From positions 2,418,001-2,482,000 of the forward strand of contig CAKKNE010000003.1 of assembly GCA_918797485.1 (NCBI GenBank): a stretch of 64,000 nucleotides of DNA. Direction: 5' to 3'. Positions 42,599 through 53,667 of this stretch are shown here, piece by piece (positions within the stretch are counted from its first letter, which is position 1; every line of letters starts with the position of its first letter). The notes under the pieces were generated by a model, which searched no databases, was not told the origin of the DNA, and saw only the letters and a program-made list of their open reading frames with translations. Source of the DNA: Pelagomonas calceolata (Eukaryota). The position numbers and the translations under genes are program-made.

Positions 42599-43927
42599 CT
42601 ATTTCCTCGCCTTCTTCTTCGGGCGCTCGTGGCAGCCCGGGAATTCCTGGCGCATGTGCTTGCAGGTGCCGTTAATGGTACCGGACTTGCGCACGAAGGA
42701 CATGCAGTTGCACGACGTCGGGGTGACCCGGTACACCGAGCCCACCGTGCTGCCCTGGACGAGCCGGCACTGCTCGTCGCCGCCATCGATCGGCGGCCGA
42801 TCGCGGCGGAACGTGATCGAAACGCGCGTGCAGGTGCGCGGCTTGAGCTTGTGCCGCCACCACTCGTTCGTCGGCGGCATGAGCGCGTAGAGCGAGCCGT
42901 CGGCGAGCTCGATGTCCTCGATCTCGACCGGGCCGCCCGCGCCCCGGTAGTGCTTGCTCGGCTTCATGGTGAGCGGCCGGGAGTGCTGCGGGTTGGCGTA
43001 GAGCGAGAGGCAGACGATCGGCGACGACGGGTCCTGCTCCTCGTCGGTGTGCGCGCCGATGCCCTTCCGATAGGACCTGCCGCGCTCCGGGGGCGCCCGG
43101 CCTTCTCGCGTGGCCGCGGCCACCTTCGCCTCGTAGTCGTCGCGGAGGATCCGGTCGAGCTCATCGTCAACCTTATAAATCTGCACGACGGCGTAGTCAA
43201 AGGGCTTGGGGAGCCCGAGGAGCCGCACGATGCGCTCGCCTATCAGCCAGATCTGCTGGTTCGTGGCCGTGCCGCGCTCGTCCCCCGGCCGTACGTCCCA
43301 CTCACCTCGCCGCTCGTCCACGCTATACCGTAGCCTATACGACCTGCCCAGGCATCGACCCGCGCACCACTGCTTGGTCGTCCCCCACTTCACGCCGAGC
43401 CCCTCGCCGCCCTCGGACTTGGGCCGCGTCAGCCAGCCGAAGAGCTGCCGGCACCCGGCCTCGTCCAGAATTCGCTCGTCAGCCGCGTAGTAATGAACGA
43501 GCAGCTCGCGCTTTTGGCCTCCGGGGCCCTTCTTGTCGAGCACGCTCTCCTCTCGCGTCAAGGTCGGCCGGAGTAGCGTCGACTCGGCGGGCGGCGGCGA
43601 CGGTGGTGGCGGCGGCGGTGGCGGCGGCGATGGCGCCGGCCCGCGGCGGCTGCTGAAGAACGCCAGGAAGTCCTCGTCGTCGTCGTCCGCCGGGCGCGGT
43701 GCCACTGGCGACTCAGTGATGCGCGGCGCGGGCGCCAGGGGTGCCACCCACGCCATGGCAGCGCTCGAAGGCGTTGCCGCGACGCCGCGAACCGTGGCGC
43801 CAGTCAGATCGATGCCGCCGCCGCTGACGCGTGGCTCCGGGCGTCGCTCGCCGTCCGAATCGCCGGTCATATCAATAAATGACTGCTCGTCGTCGGAGGA
43901 GTCGCGCAGGTCCGTGATGTGCTGCAT
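42599..43927 (-). CDS. AlkB-like 2OG-Fe(II) dioxygenase with C-terminal SWIM zinc finger
   Basis: GIGAHTD (HxD), GSLYALM...WRH, RVSITFR; then YRVTPTSCNC...GTCKH (CxC...CxH). Confidence 0.8.
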   Translation of the reverse strand: MQHITDLRDSSDDEQSFIDMTGDSDGERRPEPRVSGGGIDLTGATVRGVAATPSSAAMAWVAPLAPAPRITESPVAPRPADDDDEDFLAFFSSRRGPAPSPPPPPPPPPSPPPAESTLLRPTLTREESVLDKKGPGGQKRELLVHYYAADERILDEAGCRQLFGWLTRPKSEGGEGLGVKWGTTKQWCAGRCLGRSYRLRYSVDERRGEWDVRPGDERGTATNQQIWLIGERIVRLLGLPKPFDYAVVQIYKVDDELDRILRDDYEAKVAAATREGRAPPERGRSYRKGIGAHTDEEQDPSSPIVCLSLYANPQHSRPLTMKPSKHYRGAGGPVEIEDIELADGSLYALMPPTNEWWRHKLKPRTCTRVSITFRRDRPPIDGGDEQCRLVQGSTVGSVYRVTPTSCNCMSFVRKSGTINGTCKHMRQEFPGCHERPKKKARK

Positions 43928-44260
43928 GGTCGCGACTGCAGATGTCGTGCGCAGCGCGGTTTCTTGCACGCGTTCGAAAAATTCACAAATACGGCCAGCG
44001 TAGATATACTCAGAATGCAAATTTGTGCGCACTACACTGTGTTTATCAATGAATTCCAAAAAATCACAGCTAGCGGCATGTAAGACACTAGAAAACGCTT
44101 GGTCTTGCCTTTGCGTGCGACGTGTTGCGTGGCAAGCTTGCTAAAGTCACCCGTTTAACAGCTCATCGAAGCATCAAAGCGAGACCGCCACGCATTGCAG
44201 CCTGCGAGCGACCAGCACCAGCGCCACACCAGAGAGCTGCAACCTCAGCCGTGCACAAGC

Positions 44261-44667
44261 ATGCGACGAACACTCATCGCACTGCTCGCGTGCGGCGCAA
44301 CCGCCCTGCAGCCCAGCACACAACCTCACCGACGAAACCGCGTCGCGCGGCCGTCGAGCGCCGACGGCGACATTGGAGTATCGCTCGAGGACATGAATAG
44401 TCCCGGCGCCAAAATAGCACAGCTCAAGAAGGAGATGGACGAAGCGCAGAAGGCCCGAACCGGTGCGGACGAGATTCATCGTTGTTTAGTGCTTCGTCGC
44501 GCCGTCGCGACCTCGCGTCGTCGCACGCGAAGCAATTATCGATTTCCGCGCAGGCGGGCGACATCGACACGGTCGTCGAACTGATGGGCACGCTGCTCAG
44601 CCTGGAGGGCGCCTACGAGAGCGAGGCGGGCGAGGACGAGTCTCCGCCGGGGCCGTGCGCGGACTAA
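44261..44667 (+). CDS. Small signal-peptide protein; probable intron 44453-44553
   Basis: MRRTLIALLACGATAL signal peptide. Removing a GC-AG intron gives the continuous helix KKEMDEAQK/AGDIDTVVELM. Confidence 0.6.
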
Positions 44668-44987
44668 GTTTTAGGCTTCTATGCGTATCTTCACTTCGTA
44701 GCCGCGGAAACCCGTCCACGACCATGCCCTACGCACCCCGGGAGCGGCTCCGAGGGCTCCGCATTGCTAGCGGCGTGTAAGACACTAGGCATCCGCCGCA
44801 AGCGCGCGGCACCGCTCCATCTGAGGACGCTGCGCGCAACGGGGCTTCTAGGGATCGATTCCTGCGAGCGCTAAAGATCAGGCAGCCGTCCCAGCGCAAC
44901 TGCAACCGCTGCGACGCCGCAACGCCATAACACAGCCGGAGAGCGCATTCCTGATTTAAACTCAGACGGCAGACGCGCGGCACAAGG

Positions 44988-47900
44988 ATGGCAACAACCC
45001 TCGCCCCGCGCGCGCCCTTCGACGCAAAAAAAGCCGCAGCAGCCATGGACGCGAAGCTCCTCCCCTTCCAGAAGGAAGGCGTCGCGTTCGGCCGGCAAGT
45101 CAAAGGACGGGTCCTGATAGCGGACGAGATGGGCTGCGGCAAGTCGGCCCAGGCCATCCGATTATGTTTAGAATACGCGGACGAGGCGCCCGTATTAATC
45201 GTGTGTCCCGCGTCGTTACGCTACACGTGGGCGCACGAAATTGAAAAATGGCTCCCGACACTAGCGCCCTCCGAAGTCTCCATCGCGAAGGGTCGAGCGG
45301 ATCGCGAGGCCGTCGCGCGAAAAGGCGTCCGCTTCGTGATCGTGACCTATTCATTGTTCACGGAGAGCTCGCAAGTTGCAAGTGCTGTGAGACAACGAAA
45401 ATTCAGAGTTGTGGTGGTGGACGAGTCCCATTCGTTGCGGACGCGGGACTCGCAGCGCACGAAACTATTACTGCCGATCATGAAAAATGCTTCTCGGTTG
45501 CTACTGCTGTCGGGCACGCCGGCACTCGCAAGACCAGTAGAGCTCTACGCCCAGGTCCACGCCTTGGATGAGAAGGAGTTCGGCACCTACTCCGCGTATA
45601 CGAAGCGCTACTGTAATGCGAGACGGGGCCGCTTCGGCTGGGACGTGACTGGTTGTAGCAACGCGCAAGAATTGCACTCAAAACTGGCCAAGGTCATGGT
45701 GCGGCGCCTGAAGCGCGACGTGTTGTCGCAGTTACCGCTTGTGTCAGTGTGGAAACCAACCAGGGAGTGTGGGGCGCGTCGATGGCGTCAAGGCGAGAGA
45801 CTCAGTCGACGCGGTCGAGACGCGCGTGGCCTGGCCAAGCGCCTCGACGGTGTAGTGGCGCGTCGATGGCGTGAAGCAGGGCGCACGTCGCGTCGATGGC
45901 GTCTGGGTCGGCCCGCAGCGATGGCTGGACGCCGTCGACACGCCGCCACCGCGAGAGAAAAGGCCATCGACGCGACACAACACAAAAACGAAACGCAGGC
46001 GCAAGCGCCGCCAGCTCGTCGCCGTCGAGGCCGTTGATAAGAAAGCTCTCGACGAATCGAAGAAGGCCTGTTCGTCACTCGGAGACGCCTCTCGAGCCAT
46101 CGCAAATGCCTCGAACGAGGACGCGTGGGAAAAGCGAGGTGAGAAGCAAGTGGCATTGGGCGACGCGTGGCAGAAGTCGGGCCTCGCGAAAGCCTCAGCG
46201 GTGGCCGCCTACGCTCTAGATTTGCTACAAAACCAGGGAACGAAAATACTGGTCTTTGCCCACCACAAGGCCGTGATGGACGCGCTCGAACAAAACTTGG
46301 TGCGAGGTCTGAAGGGCGCCAAGGCCATGATGCGCATCGATGGGACGACGCCGCCGCGGGAACGCCAACGATTGGTGGAGGCCTTCCAGAACAATCCTGG
46401 AACTAGATTAGCTTTGCTCAGCGTGACGGCCGCCGGGACTGGTTTAACATTAACGGCGGCCTCGGCCGTATTATTCGCGGAGCTCCACTGGACGCCTGGT
46501 GTACTAGTGCAGGCCGAGGACCGAGCGCATCGCATCGGCCAGCACGCCTCGGTGAACGTGCATTACTTAGTATTGAAAGACGAAAGTCAGTCGGTGGACA
46601 TGGCGCTCTGGCGGGCCATCGGCAACAAGGTTAAAGTCGTCGGCAAGACCATCGATGGGATGGAGAAGGCGTCGCTAGGCGCGACGGCGGCGACGGCGCC
46701 GCGTTCGGAACAGGACGCGCTCGTGTCGTTCTTTGATCAGGAAGGGGCCCGGGCGCAACAAGTCGCCAAGGCGGATATTCGGTCGTTCTTCGCTCCGAAA
46801 AAGAAGAAGGCCCCTCCACCAGAATTAGATGATGCTGCGCTGATCCGCGCGACCGAGGCGGCCGAGCGCGCCGCGGCGGCGCCAAAACCGAAGCGCTACG
46901 ACCCGCGCACGCTCCTCGCGGCGCCGGCGCCCGCGCCCCCGAAGAAGCGGCGCTCCTCCGAGGGCTCGGGCTCCGCTGCCGACCCGCTCGACCTCTGCCT
47001 CTCGTCGGACGACGAGAAGGAGGATCAGCGCTGGCCCTGCTCGGCCTGCACGTTCGCCAATGACTCGAAGCGCACGACGTGCGAGATCTGCGCGACGCCG
47101 CGGGTGCGGGCGAGCTCGTCCTCGACGGCGGCGGTGCCACGGCGGTCCTCCGCCTCGTCAACATCCTCATCACCGTTGACGACGCGCTACGCGTTCAGCG
47201 TGTCGGCCAACACGGGCCGCGTGTCGGCCTTTTCTTCGCGTGAGGGCGCTCCTTTCGCGCGGCTCATGGACGCCTTTGATCCCGCGGTTCTAGTTGATGG
47301 CGAGGGCCGGCTATTACCTTTATCGGCCGACGACCTCGGGTTGGACGATGATGATGATGCGAGGGCGGTCAAGAAGTTCGTGGCGGCGTGGCGCTCTTTG
47401 AGAGCCGTGGACCGCCAGACTTTATCAGGAGACGAATTGCTGGAGGAGGCGCTCGACGTCGAACTTAGGAAAAGGCGCGCCTCGTCTTCGGACAAGTGCT
47501 TCGACCGCGGCGTCGCGCGGCCGCGGAAGCGGGCCCGCGCCGACGGTGATGAGGACGACGATAAGAGAGCGTGCCCCTGGTGCGAGAAGCCGCTGCCATC
47601 GGACGCGCCGGACGGTTCTTTTTGTGATTGGGCGTGCGCGTCCGAGCATAAATTACGAAAGCCGAACAACTCCCAGGCGTCACGGTCGCAGTTATTTGCT
47701 TTAGAACACGGCGTCTGCACGGCTTGTGGTTTGGACGCGCACGCTTTGTACAGACGCGTCAAAGCATTAACGCCGCCGGAGCGCTTCCAGGTGCTCATGG
47801 CGACGCCGGGCTTTGCCCCTCGCGGCAAGAAGGACCGCCGGTTAGATACTTGTCTGGAATGCGACTACTGGCAGGCCGACCACATCATACCCGTCGCGGA

Positions 47901-48063
47901 GGGCGGCGGCTGCTGTAGTCTGGACAACTTTCGGACATTGTGCACGCCGTGCCACCAGAAGGAGACGAATGCCCTGCGCCAGCGCCTCGTCGCGCGGAAG
48001 AACGCGGCGGCGGCGGCGGGGACGCGGGACCTGCGGTCGTTCTTCGCTGTTACGGGGAAGTGA
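44988..48063 (+). CDS. ZRANB3: ZRANB3-like SNF2 annealing helicase/HNH endonuclease; intron about 45737-45998
   Basis: [42 protein letters not shown]-like DIRSFF, RanBP2 finger [10 protein letters not shown]...[21 protein letters not shown]...RTLCTPCH. Confidence 0.9.
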
Positions 48064-48496
48064 GTGTTTGTGTAATGTTCCTGGTTTAACTTTCTGTGGT
48101 ACCTGTCGCGTCGATAACCGTAGCCGTCAGTGGAGCCGGACCTGCGGCCCGCGGGTCCTGTTTTTTTTTTTGGCCCTCCTTTCGAGGCCTCGGGAGTCGT
48201 ATCAGACGGGCTCTTAGCCCTCGCGGCGGCCTCGAGAGGTATCTTGTCATCTTGCCAGCTCGTGTTCTGCCTCGCCACACACTAGACAGCGGCCGGCCGG
48301 CTCTCCCGCATCCACCCGAGGTGCAGCCCGATTGCGCTCCTTTGACCCCATCCCTGGGACCGCACAGCCTCCAGCGGCTCCACAAAGGCCCCAGCTCCCG
48401 ACCTCCCAGAAGATTGGGGCTGCGCGACCTCAAAAAGCTCCTCCGTGAAACAGTCTCCCAGAGACGGGACTTGCCGCGCCGACACAGCCAACCAGC

Positions 48497-49165
48497 ATGT
48501 CCGAGCTCTCCGTCTCCCCGCCCCGCTCGCCGCGGTCGCCGCGGAGCGTCGGCTCGCGCAGCGTGACCATTTCATTGGACAGCCCGAAGGCGTCGCACAC
48601 GGTCAAGCTCTCGCTGCCGGCGTCCATGGACGCCGAGCCCGTGGCGCGCGTCGCCGAGCACTTCGCCAAAAGTTATAATGAAGCCCACCCCGGCGAGCCG
48701 CCCATCAAGCCCAACCGTCTCCGATTGTCGTCCGACGCCGACCGTCGATTAGTAGATTTGAAGTCTCCGGTTGGCGCCGCGGTGAAGGATGGCAGCGCCT
48801 ACACGTTCTCGGAGCAGGAAATCGAGCAGCAGGCGTCGCCTCAAGAGCAAACACCCCCGCCGCTGCCGCCGCGGGAACTACCATTCCCGCGGCGCTGCCG
48901 CGTCGTCGGCCGCGGGCTGGTGCTGCGGGCCTCGCCGGAGACGATCGCCGATAGGTTGGCCGAGTTCCCCTTCGGCGCGGAGGTGGTCGTAAGGGAAGCG
49001 CGCGCGCTCGCGGACGGCTCCGTGCGCGTGCGCTGCGCGCCCGAGGCGCTCCTGCCGGGCGGCGCGGCGCCGGTGGTGTACGACGAGACGGGCCGCTGGC
49101 CCTGCGACGGCTGGGCGCCGGGCCGCGTACTCGCAGAGCTCTCGGGCGAGCCGTTCCGGTTGTAG
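48497..49165 (+). CDS. Hypothetical protein
   Basis: ATG-initiated 222-aa ORF with coding-like codon use; possible ubiquitin-like and SH3b-like regions are unverified. Confidence 0.55.
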   Translation: MSELSVSPPRSPRSPRSVGSRSVTISLDSPKASHTVKLSLPASMDAEPVARVAEHFAKSYNEAHPGEPPIKPNRLRLSSDADRRLVDLKSPVGAAVKDGSAYTFSEQEIEQQASPQEQTPPPLPPRELPFPRRCRVVGRGLVLRASPETIADRLAEFPFGAEVVVREARALADGSVRVRCAPEALLPGGAAPVVYDETGRWPCDGWAPGRVLAELSGEPFRL

Positions 49166-49401
49166 CCTCCCGCCATGCGTCTATAGAAGGTTTGCATTTT
49201 AACTTCTCCTCGTTGCGGTCTAGGACTAGCGACGCGTGCACACAGCTGCGTGCACCGCTAGCGCCAGTAAGACACTAGAAACAAAGGCACCGAGCTACAT
49301 CGCCCGCAGCGGTGCAAAAATCGGCGCTGCGTGGCACGTTACAAAGGCAAACAGTCTCCACGCATCAGTGCGTGCGTGCTGCCGAGGAAGCTGGCCTGCG
49401 G

Positions 49402-50682
49402 ATGCTGCTCGCCATGCTGCTGCTGCGGCAGGCCGCGGCGCTGCAGCGCTGCACGCCGTCGCTGCGGCGCACCGTTACGCGCATGGCCGCATCGAAGAGC
49501 GTGACAATCAAGCGCGGCAAGGCGCGATTATTCAGGGACGGCAACCCTCTCGTCTACGGTGGCGCGGTCGAGCGGACGAGCGGGGACGTGAGTAGGGGAG
49601 ACGCCGTCGAGGTCGTGGATGGCGCCGGGAACAACATCGGCTGGGGCTTCTACAACCCGGACTCGATGTATAGAGTAAGACTGCTGCCCGGTCCGATGCA
49701 GGACGATCCAATGCAAGCTGTCCGATCATTGATCGAGACCGCTTGTGAACGGCGGAGCGCACTGAACCTACCCAGTGAAGCCACGTCCGCCTTCCGCCTC
49801 ATTAATTCCGAGGGCGACGGGTTGAGTGGCCTGACGGTCGACGCGTACGGCGCTCATTTAGTCTGTAGTATAAGTGCCGCCTGGGCCGAGGCGCGACGTG
49901 TTGAGATCACGGCGGCGCTGGAGGAAAGCTACTCCACATTAATCGGTGAAAAGCCGCAAATCATCTGGCGCCCCGCCGTCGCTCGGTTAAGGAGCGAGGG
50001 CCTAGAGATAGAAGCGGACGACGACGCTGACAATGACGCCGTCGAGGCTACAGAATCAAGTCTCGTCTACGAGGTGGATGTGTGGGGCCAGAAGACGGGC
50101 TTTTACTGCGACCAGAGAGATAATCGAAATTTCCTCGCGCCGCTCTGTGCCGGGAAGCGCGTCTTGGATTTGTACTGCTACTCCGGGGGCTTCGCTTTGT
50201 CCGCGGCGAAACATGGCGCATCACAATGCCTCGGCGTCGACTCGAGTCGGAGAGCCGTCGAGCTCGCCCAACGCAATGCCGAGAGGAACGCGCTTGATGG
50301 AATCTGTAGCTTTGTTTCGAGCGACGTGTCTGCGTTTCTGAATGCCAACACTGATGAATACGATGTGGTGGTCTGCGACCCCCCGAAGCTCGCGCCGTCG
50401 GTACGAGATTTACCTCGCGCAAAACGGAAGTACCAGAAGATCAACGCTCTGGCACTAAACGCGGTCAAGCCCGGCGGCCTTTTGCTGACGTGTTCTTGTT
50501 CTTCTGCCATGACGACCTCCGAGGGCGCGTTTCTCGCCATGTTGAGGGAGGCCTCCAAAGACGCGGGCAAGCGCCTGACGGTCCTGCGGACGGCCGGCGC
50601 GGCGGCGGACCACGTCCTGCACCCGGCGTTTCCCGAGGGGGCGTACCTCACGGCGGCGCTCGTGCAGGTCGTGGACCGGTAG
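49402..50682 (+). CDS. RlmI-like SAM-dependent RNA methyltransferase (PUA + MTase), organelle-targeted
   Basis: GNPLVYGGAV, RLINSEGDGLSGLTVD, GQKTGFYCDQRDNR, VLDLYCYSGGF, VVCDPPKL, TCSCS. Confidence 0.9.
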   Translation: MLLAMLLLRQAAALQRCTPSLRRTVTRMAASKSVTIKRGKARLFRDGNPLVYGGAVERTSGDVSRGDAVEVVDGAGNNIGWGFYNPDSMYRVRLLPGPMQDDPMQAVRSLIETACERRSALNLPSEATSAFRLINSEGDGLSGLTVDAYGAHLVCSISAAWAEARRVEITAALEESYSTLIGEKPQIIWRPAVARLRSEGLEIEADDDADNDAVEATESSLVYEVDVWGQKTGFYCDQRDNRNFLAPLCAGKRVLDLYCYSGGFALSAAKHGASQCLGVDSSRRAVELAQRNAERNALDGICSFVSSDVSAFLNANTDEYDVVVCDPPKLAPSVRDLPRAKRKYQKINALALNAVKPGGLLLTCSCSSAMTTSEGAFLAMLREASKDAGKRLTVLRTAGAAADHVLHPAFPEGAYLTAALVQVVDR

Positions 50683-50919
50683 CGTGTGTAATAGGTCCCT
50701 GGGTTTTCTGTACCGGTGCTGGACGACTGATTGAGTGGATTCCAGAAGCTCTCTATTTCTAGTAAGTCACGGGTTTTTCAATTTAAGTTCGGCCGCGGTT
50801 TACGCCACGCCGCTATTCTCGGACACAACACGCCGCGAGCGCGGTCTCTCTGACCCCAAGTCAACCGCGCCTGCGCGAAACTCGGACGGGAGCGGCACTG
50901 GGTTTATAGTAACTTTAAA

Positions 50920-51543
50920 ATGGCTAGCCTACCGGTCGGCACCGCGGTGAAACTGCAGGGCCTTAGCAACGCGGATTACAACGGGAAGAAAGGAATCATA
51001 GCGGTAACGGCGAAGGAACTCGCAGACAGGGGCCGCGTCGCGGTCATCGTCGACGGCACGACGCTGTCGTTTAAGCGGGTCAACGTCCGGCGCCATTTTC
51101 CGTCTGACGACTCGGACGAGTCGGACGAAGCTCCTGGGTCCGACGACGAGGCGCCGCCGCCGCCGAAGCGGGCCAAGTCGGCGGCGGGCGGCGTCTTCGC
51201 GCTCTCGATCCTGACGGGCTGGAGCAGCATCGAGACGTCGACGATCGTGGGCGTGTACGCGACGTGGGCCGAGGTGATAGCCAAGGCGAAGCAAATTCTC
51301 GAGAAGGGGAACGGCTACGGAGAGAATTTCTGGTGTACGGAAGAGAACGGGGGCTACCGCGAGGTGTACTCCGACGAGGAATACGAAGGCGAAGGCTTCG
51401 AGGACAAGACCGACACCGCCAAGGAGCCGAGCGGCGAGCGGTACGACGTCACGGTCGAGCTCGCGACGGCTCAGCACTGCGAGGGCGCCAAGGGCAACAT
51501 GATCCTCGTGGCCCAGCGGCTGAGCGGTGTCGCGCTGGCGTGA
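50920..51543 (+). CDS. Hypothetical protein
   Basis: Small N-terminal beta domain (VGTAVKLQGLSNADYNGKKGII), acidic linker, GC3-rich codons. Confidence 0.6.
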   Translation: MASLPVGTAVKLQGLSNADYNGKKGIIAVTAKELADRGRVAVIVDGTTLSFKRVNVRRHFPSDDSDESDEAPGSDDEAPPPPKRAKSAAGGVFALSILTGWSSIETSTIVGVYATWAEVIAKAKQILEKGNGYGENFWCTEENGGYREVYSDEEYEGEGFEDKTDTAKEPSGERYDVTVELATAQHCEGAKGNMILVAQRLSGVALA

Positions 51544-51695
51544 GCTGGTCGCGACGACGTGACGACGACGGAGAGACTTCGCGATAGTAATTGATTCAGT
51601 CCTGCTAGTGTCCATACCTAGCGCCCCGATCCTGGCTTGGCTGCTCTTGCACGAGCTGTGCAGAGTGCGATACGCACCAGCAGTGCTCGACAAGC

Positions 51696-52280
51696 ATGCG
51701 TGGCCTCCTCTGCCTCGCGCTGGCAACCACAACCGCATTCGTGCCGCCGACCACAAGGCAGCAGCTCCAATTGCATGCGACCACCCCCTCGGGCATCGTC
51801 TACGAGGACATCGAGGTCGGCGAGGGCAAGACGGCCAACGCCGGCGATTACGTGTCCGTCATCTACGAAACTAGATTAAATGGCAAGGTCATCGACGCGA
51901 CGGGCGGCGGCGAGGCGAAGGTCATGAGCACGGGCGTCCAGGGCGCGGGCGACCGCCCCTGGGCCCAGTTCGCGGTGGGCAAGGGGAAGGTCATCAAGGG
52001 CTGGGACGAGACGGTCCAGACGATGCGCGTCGGGGGGAAGCGGAAGCTGACGCTGCCGGCGGAGCTCGCGTACGGCGACGAGGGCTCGCCCGACGGCGTC
52101 ATCCCGCCGGGCGCGTCCGTGGATTTTACCATTGAGCTGACGTCCGTCGACTCGGACTCGGGCATCATCGGGGCCGTGGGCGGCACCTTCGCGTTGTTGG
52201 CCGCTTTGATCGCGGCGAACGGCGTCGCGCTCCAGCTCACGGGCCACGAGCTGAGGGAGTACCTGGCTGGTACTGTTTAA
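51696..52280 (+). CDS. FKBP-type peptidyl-prolyl isomerase, plastid-targeted
   Basis: Signal peptide ending TA-F, TPSGIVYEDIEVGEG, VIKGWDE, MRVGGKRKL, LAYG, IPPGA. Confidence 0.92.
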   Translation: MRGLLCLALATTTAFVPPTTRQQLQLHATTPSGIVYEDIEVGEGKTANAGDYVSVIYETRLNGKVIDATGGGEAKVMSTGVQGAGDRPWAQFAVGKGKVIKGWDETVQTMRVGGKRKLTLPAELAYGDEGSPDGVIPPGASVDFTIELTSVDSDSGIIGAVGGTFALLAALIAANGVALQLTGHELREYLAGTV

Positions 52281-52286
52281 GTCTAT

Positions 52287-53177
52287 TTACCCTAACCAGC
52301 CGTGGTCCGTGCAGTACTGCGTGAGGACGTCGTAGAGCGCCAGCGTCACGCCGAACTGCGGCGCGCTTCTCAAAACGCGCTCGAAGCCGCCCGAGAAGAG
52401 CACGTCGGGCCCTTCCTCATTATACACACTGTGCGCGACGTCGCCGACGGACGGTAAGCCGCCGTCGGCGAAGGCGCGCTCGAGCTGCCGCGTCTTGATG
52501 ACGTCAAGAGGGGTGGTCAAGAACGCCGCCGGCGCGGCGCTCAACAAGCCGGCAAGAAACAACGATGGCGCGCCCTGCAGATGGAGCACTTCCGGCAAGA
52601 ATACCTTGGCGTGCGCGTAGGTCGGGAACAGGATCGCGGAGAACGACGCGTCGCGCATGGCACATGCTAAAGCGCCCGTCGATAAACCGGAAACGCCGAG
52701 CGCGCGTATTACTTCAAAGCAATTGCCCGCGTTCGTGGTTTGCAACCGAACTTTCACGCATTCCAGCGGGTTGGTCACGATTACTTGACAAGCACCAGCA
52801 CAAACGCCCGCGGCAAGCTCGCCCGCGAAAGATAATGAGCCAAACGACGCCCTTAATGCAGAGCGCGCGGCGTCGTTCACCGTCAGCTTGATGGCCTTTT
52901 CCGGTGCCACTCCCGCGACCTGGACGCCCAAGCCTCGAAAGACGCTCAGCGGGCCGTCCCGCTGAATGTAGTGCACCAAAGTTGCTGGAAGGCTCAGCCC
53001 GGCGAACGCCTTCTTCCCTTCGGCAGTCTGGCGCTGCGTCTTCACGAAGTCGACGGGGTAGACAGCGGCGGCGCCGGACGCGCCCGCCGTAAAACCAATA
53101 GCCGTGTGCGTCGCCCAGAGCGGCGCGACGAGTCCCACGGCGGACGGCACGAGCAGCGCGGCGAGTGCGCGACGCAT
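52287..53177 (-). CDS. Mitochondrial carrier family protein (aspartate/glutamate-carrier-like)
   Basis: Three Px(D/E)xxK motifs (PVDFVKTQ, PLECVKVR, PLDVIKTR), GVAPEKAIKLTVND, RSAPQFGVTL. Confidence 0.88.
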   Translation of the reverse strand: MRRALAALLVPSAVGLVAPLWATHTAIGFTAGASGAAAVYPVDFVKTQRQTAEGKKAFAGLSLPATLVHYIQRDGPLSVFRGLGVQVAGVAPEKAIKLTVNDAARSALRASFGSLSFAGELAAGVCAGACQVIVTNPLECVKVRLQTTNAGNCFEVIRALGVSGLSTGALACAMRDASFSAILFPTYAHAKVFLPEVLHLQGAPSLFLAGLLSAAPAAFLTTPLDVIKTRQLERAFADGGLPSVGDVAHSVYNEEGPDVLFSGGFERVLRSAPQFGVTLALYDVLTQYCTDHGWLG

Positions 53178-53667
53178 TATGGACACGTCACGCGACGAGC
53201 GCTCGAATTCGTGGTGTGCGGCACGGCGACGGCGTGCGGGAACGCAGGTGACGCTGTTACGGCTGCACGACTTGGCGGGCTCTCTGCTGCAGGTGCTGCA
53301 CAGTGAGTTTGGTGGGCTTTGAAGTTGTCGTAAGCTGGTCGAACTTTCTCCACAGGGTTCGTGCGTCGGGCACAACTTGTTTTTGCAGCGTAAACGAAAT
53401 TATGTTGTGGTTTTGATTCGTTCTTAGTGAGAGCGCGGGACTCCGTGGCATCAGAGGCTAGTGCGAAGCTAGTGGACGTCAACATCAGAGAAACGCGCGA
53501 CAATCAAGCGGAAGGAGCATAAGAGGCGTCTTCATCCGGCGGTGCAACCGGAACGTCCACGACGGGGGCTGATTCTGGACCTCGGGCCGCGGCAGACGCG
53601 TTGACCACAGAACTTGTCAAAAAGGACTCTAAGAAGGACCACAGAAGAAGGCCGACATGAGAGCAAA

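Noticed and set aside
42599..48063. AlkB-SWIM plus ZRANB3 as a DNA-repair gene cluster
   Set aside because: An unrelated small gene lies between them, and adjacency in a compact eukaryotic genome is weak evidence.
51605..51621. ctagtgtccatacctag as another CTAG-motif copy
   Set aside because: Only 17 bp with a partial core match; not counted.
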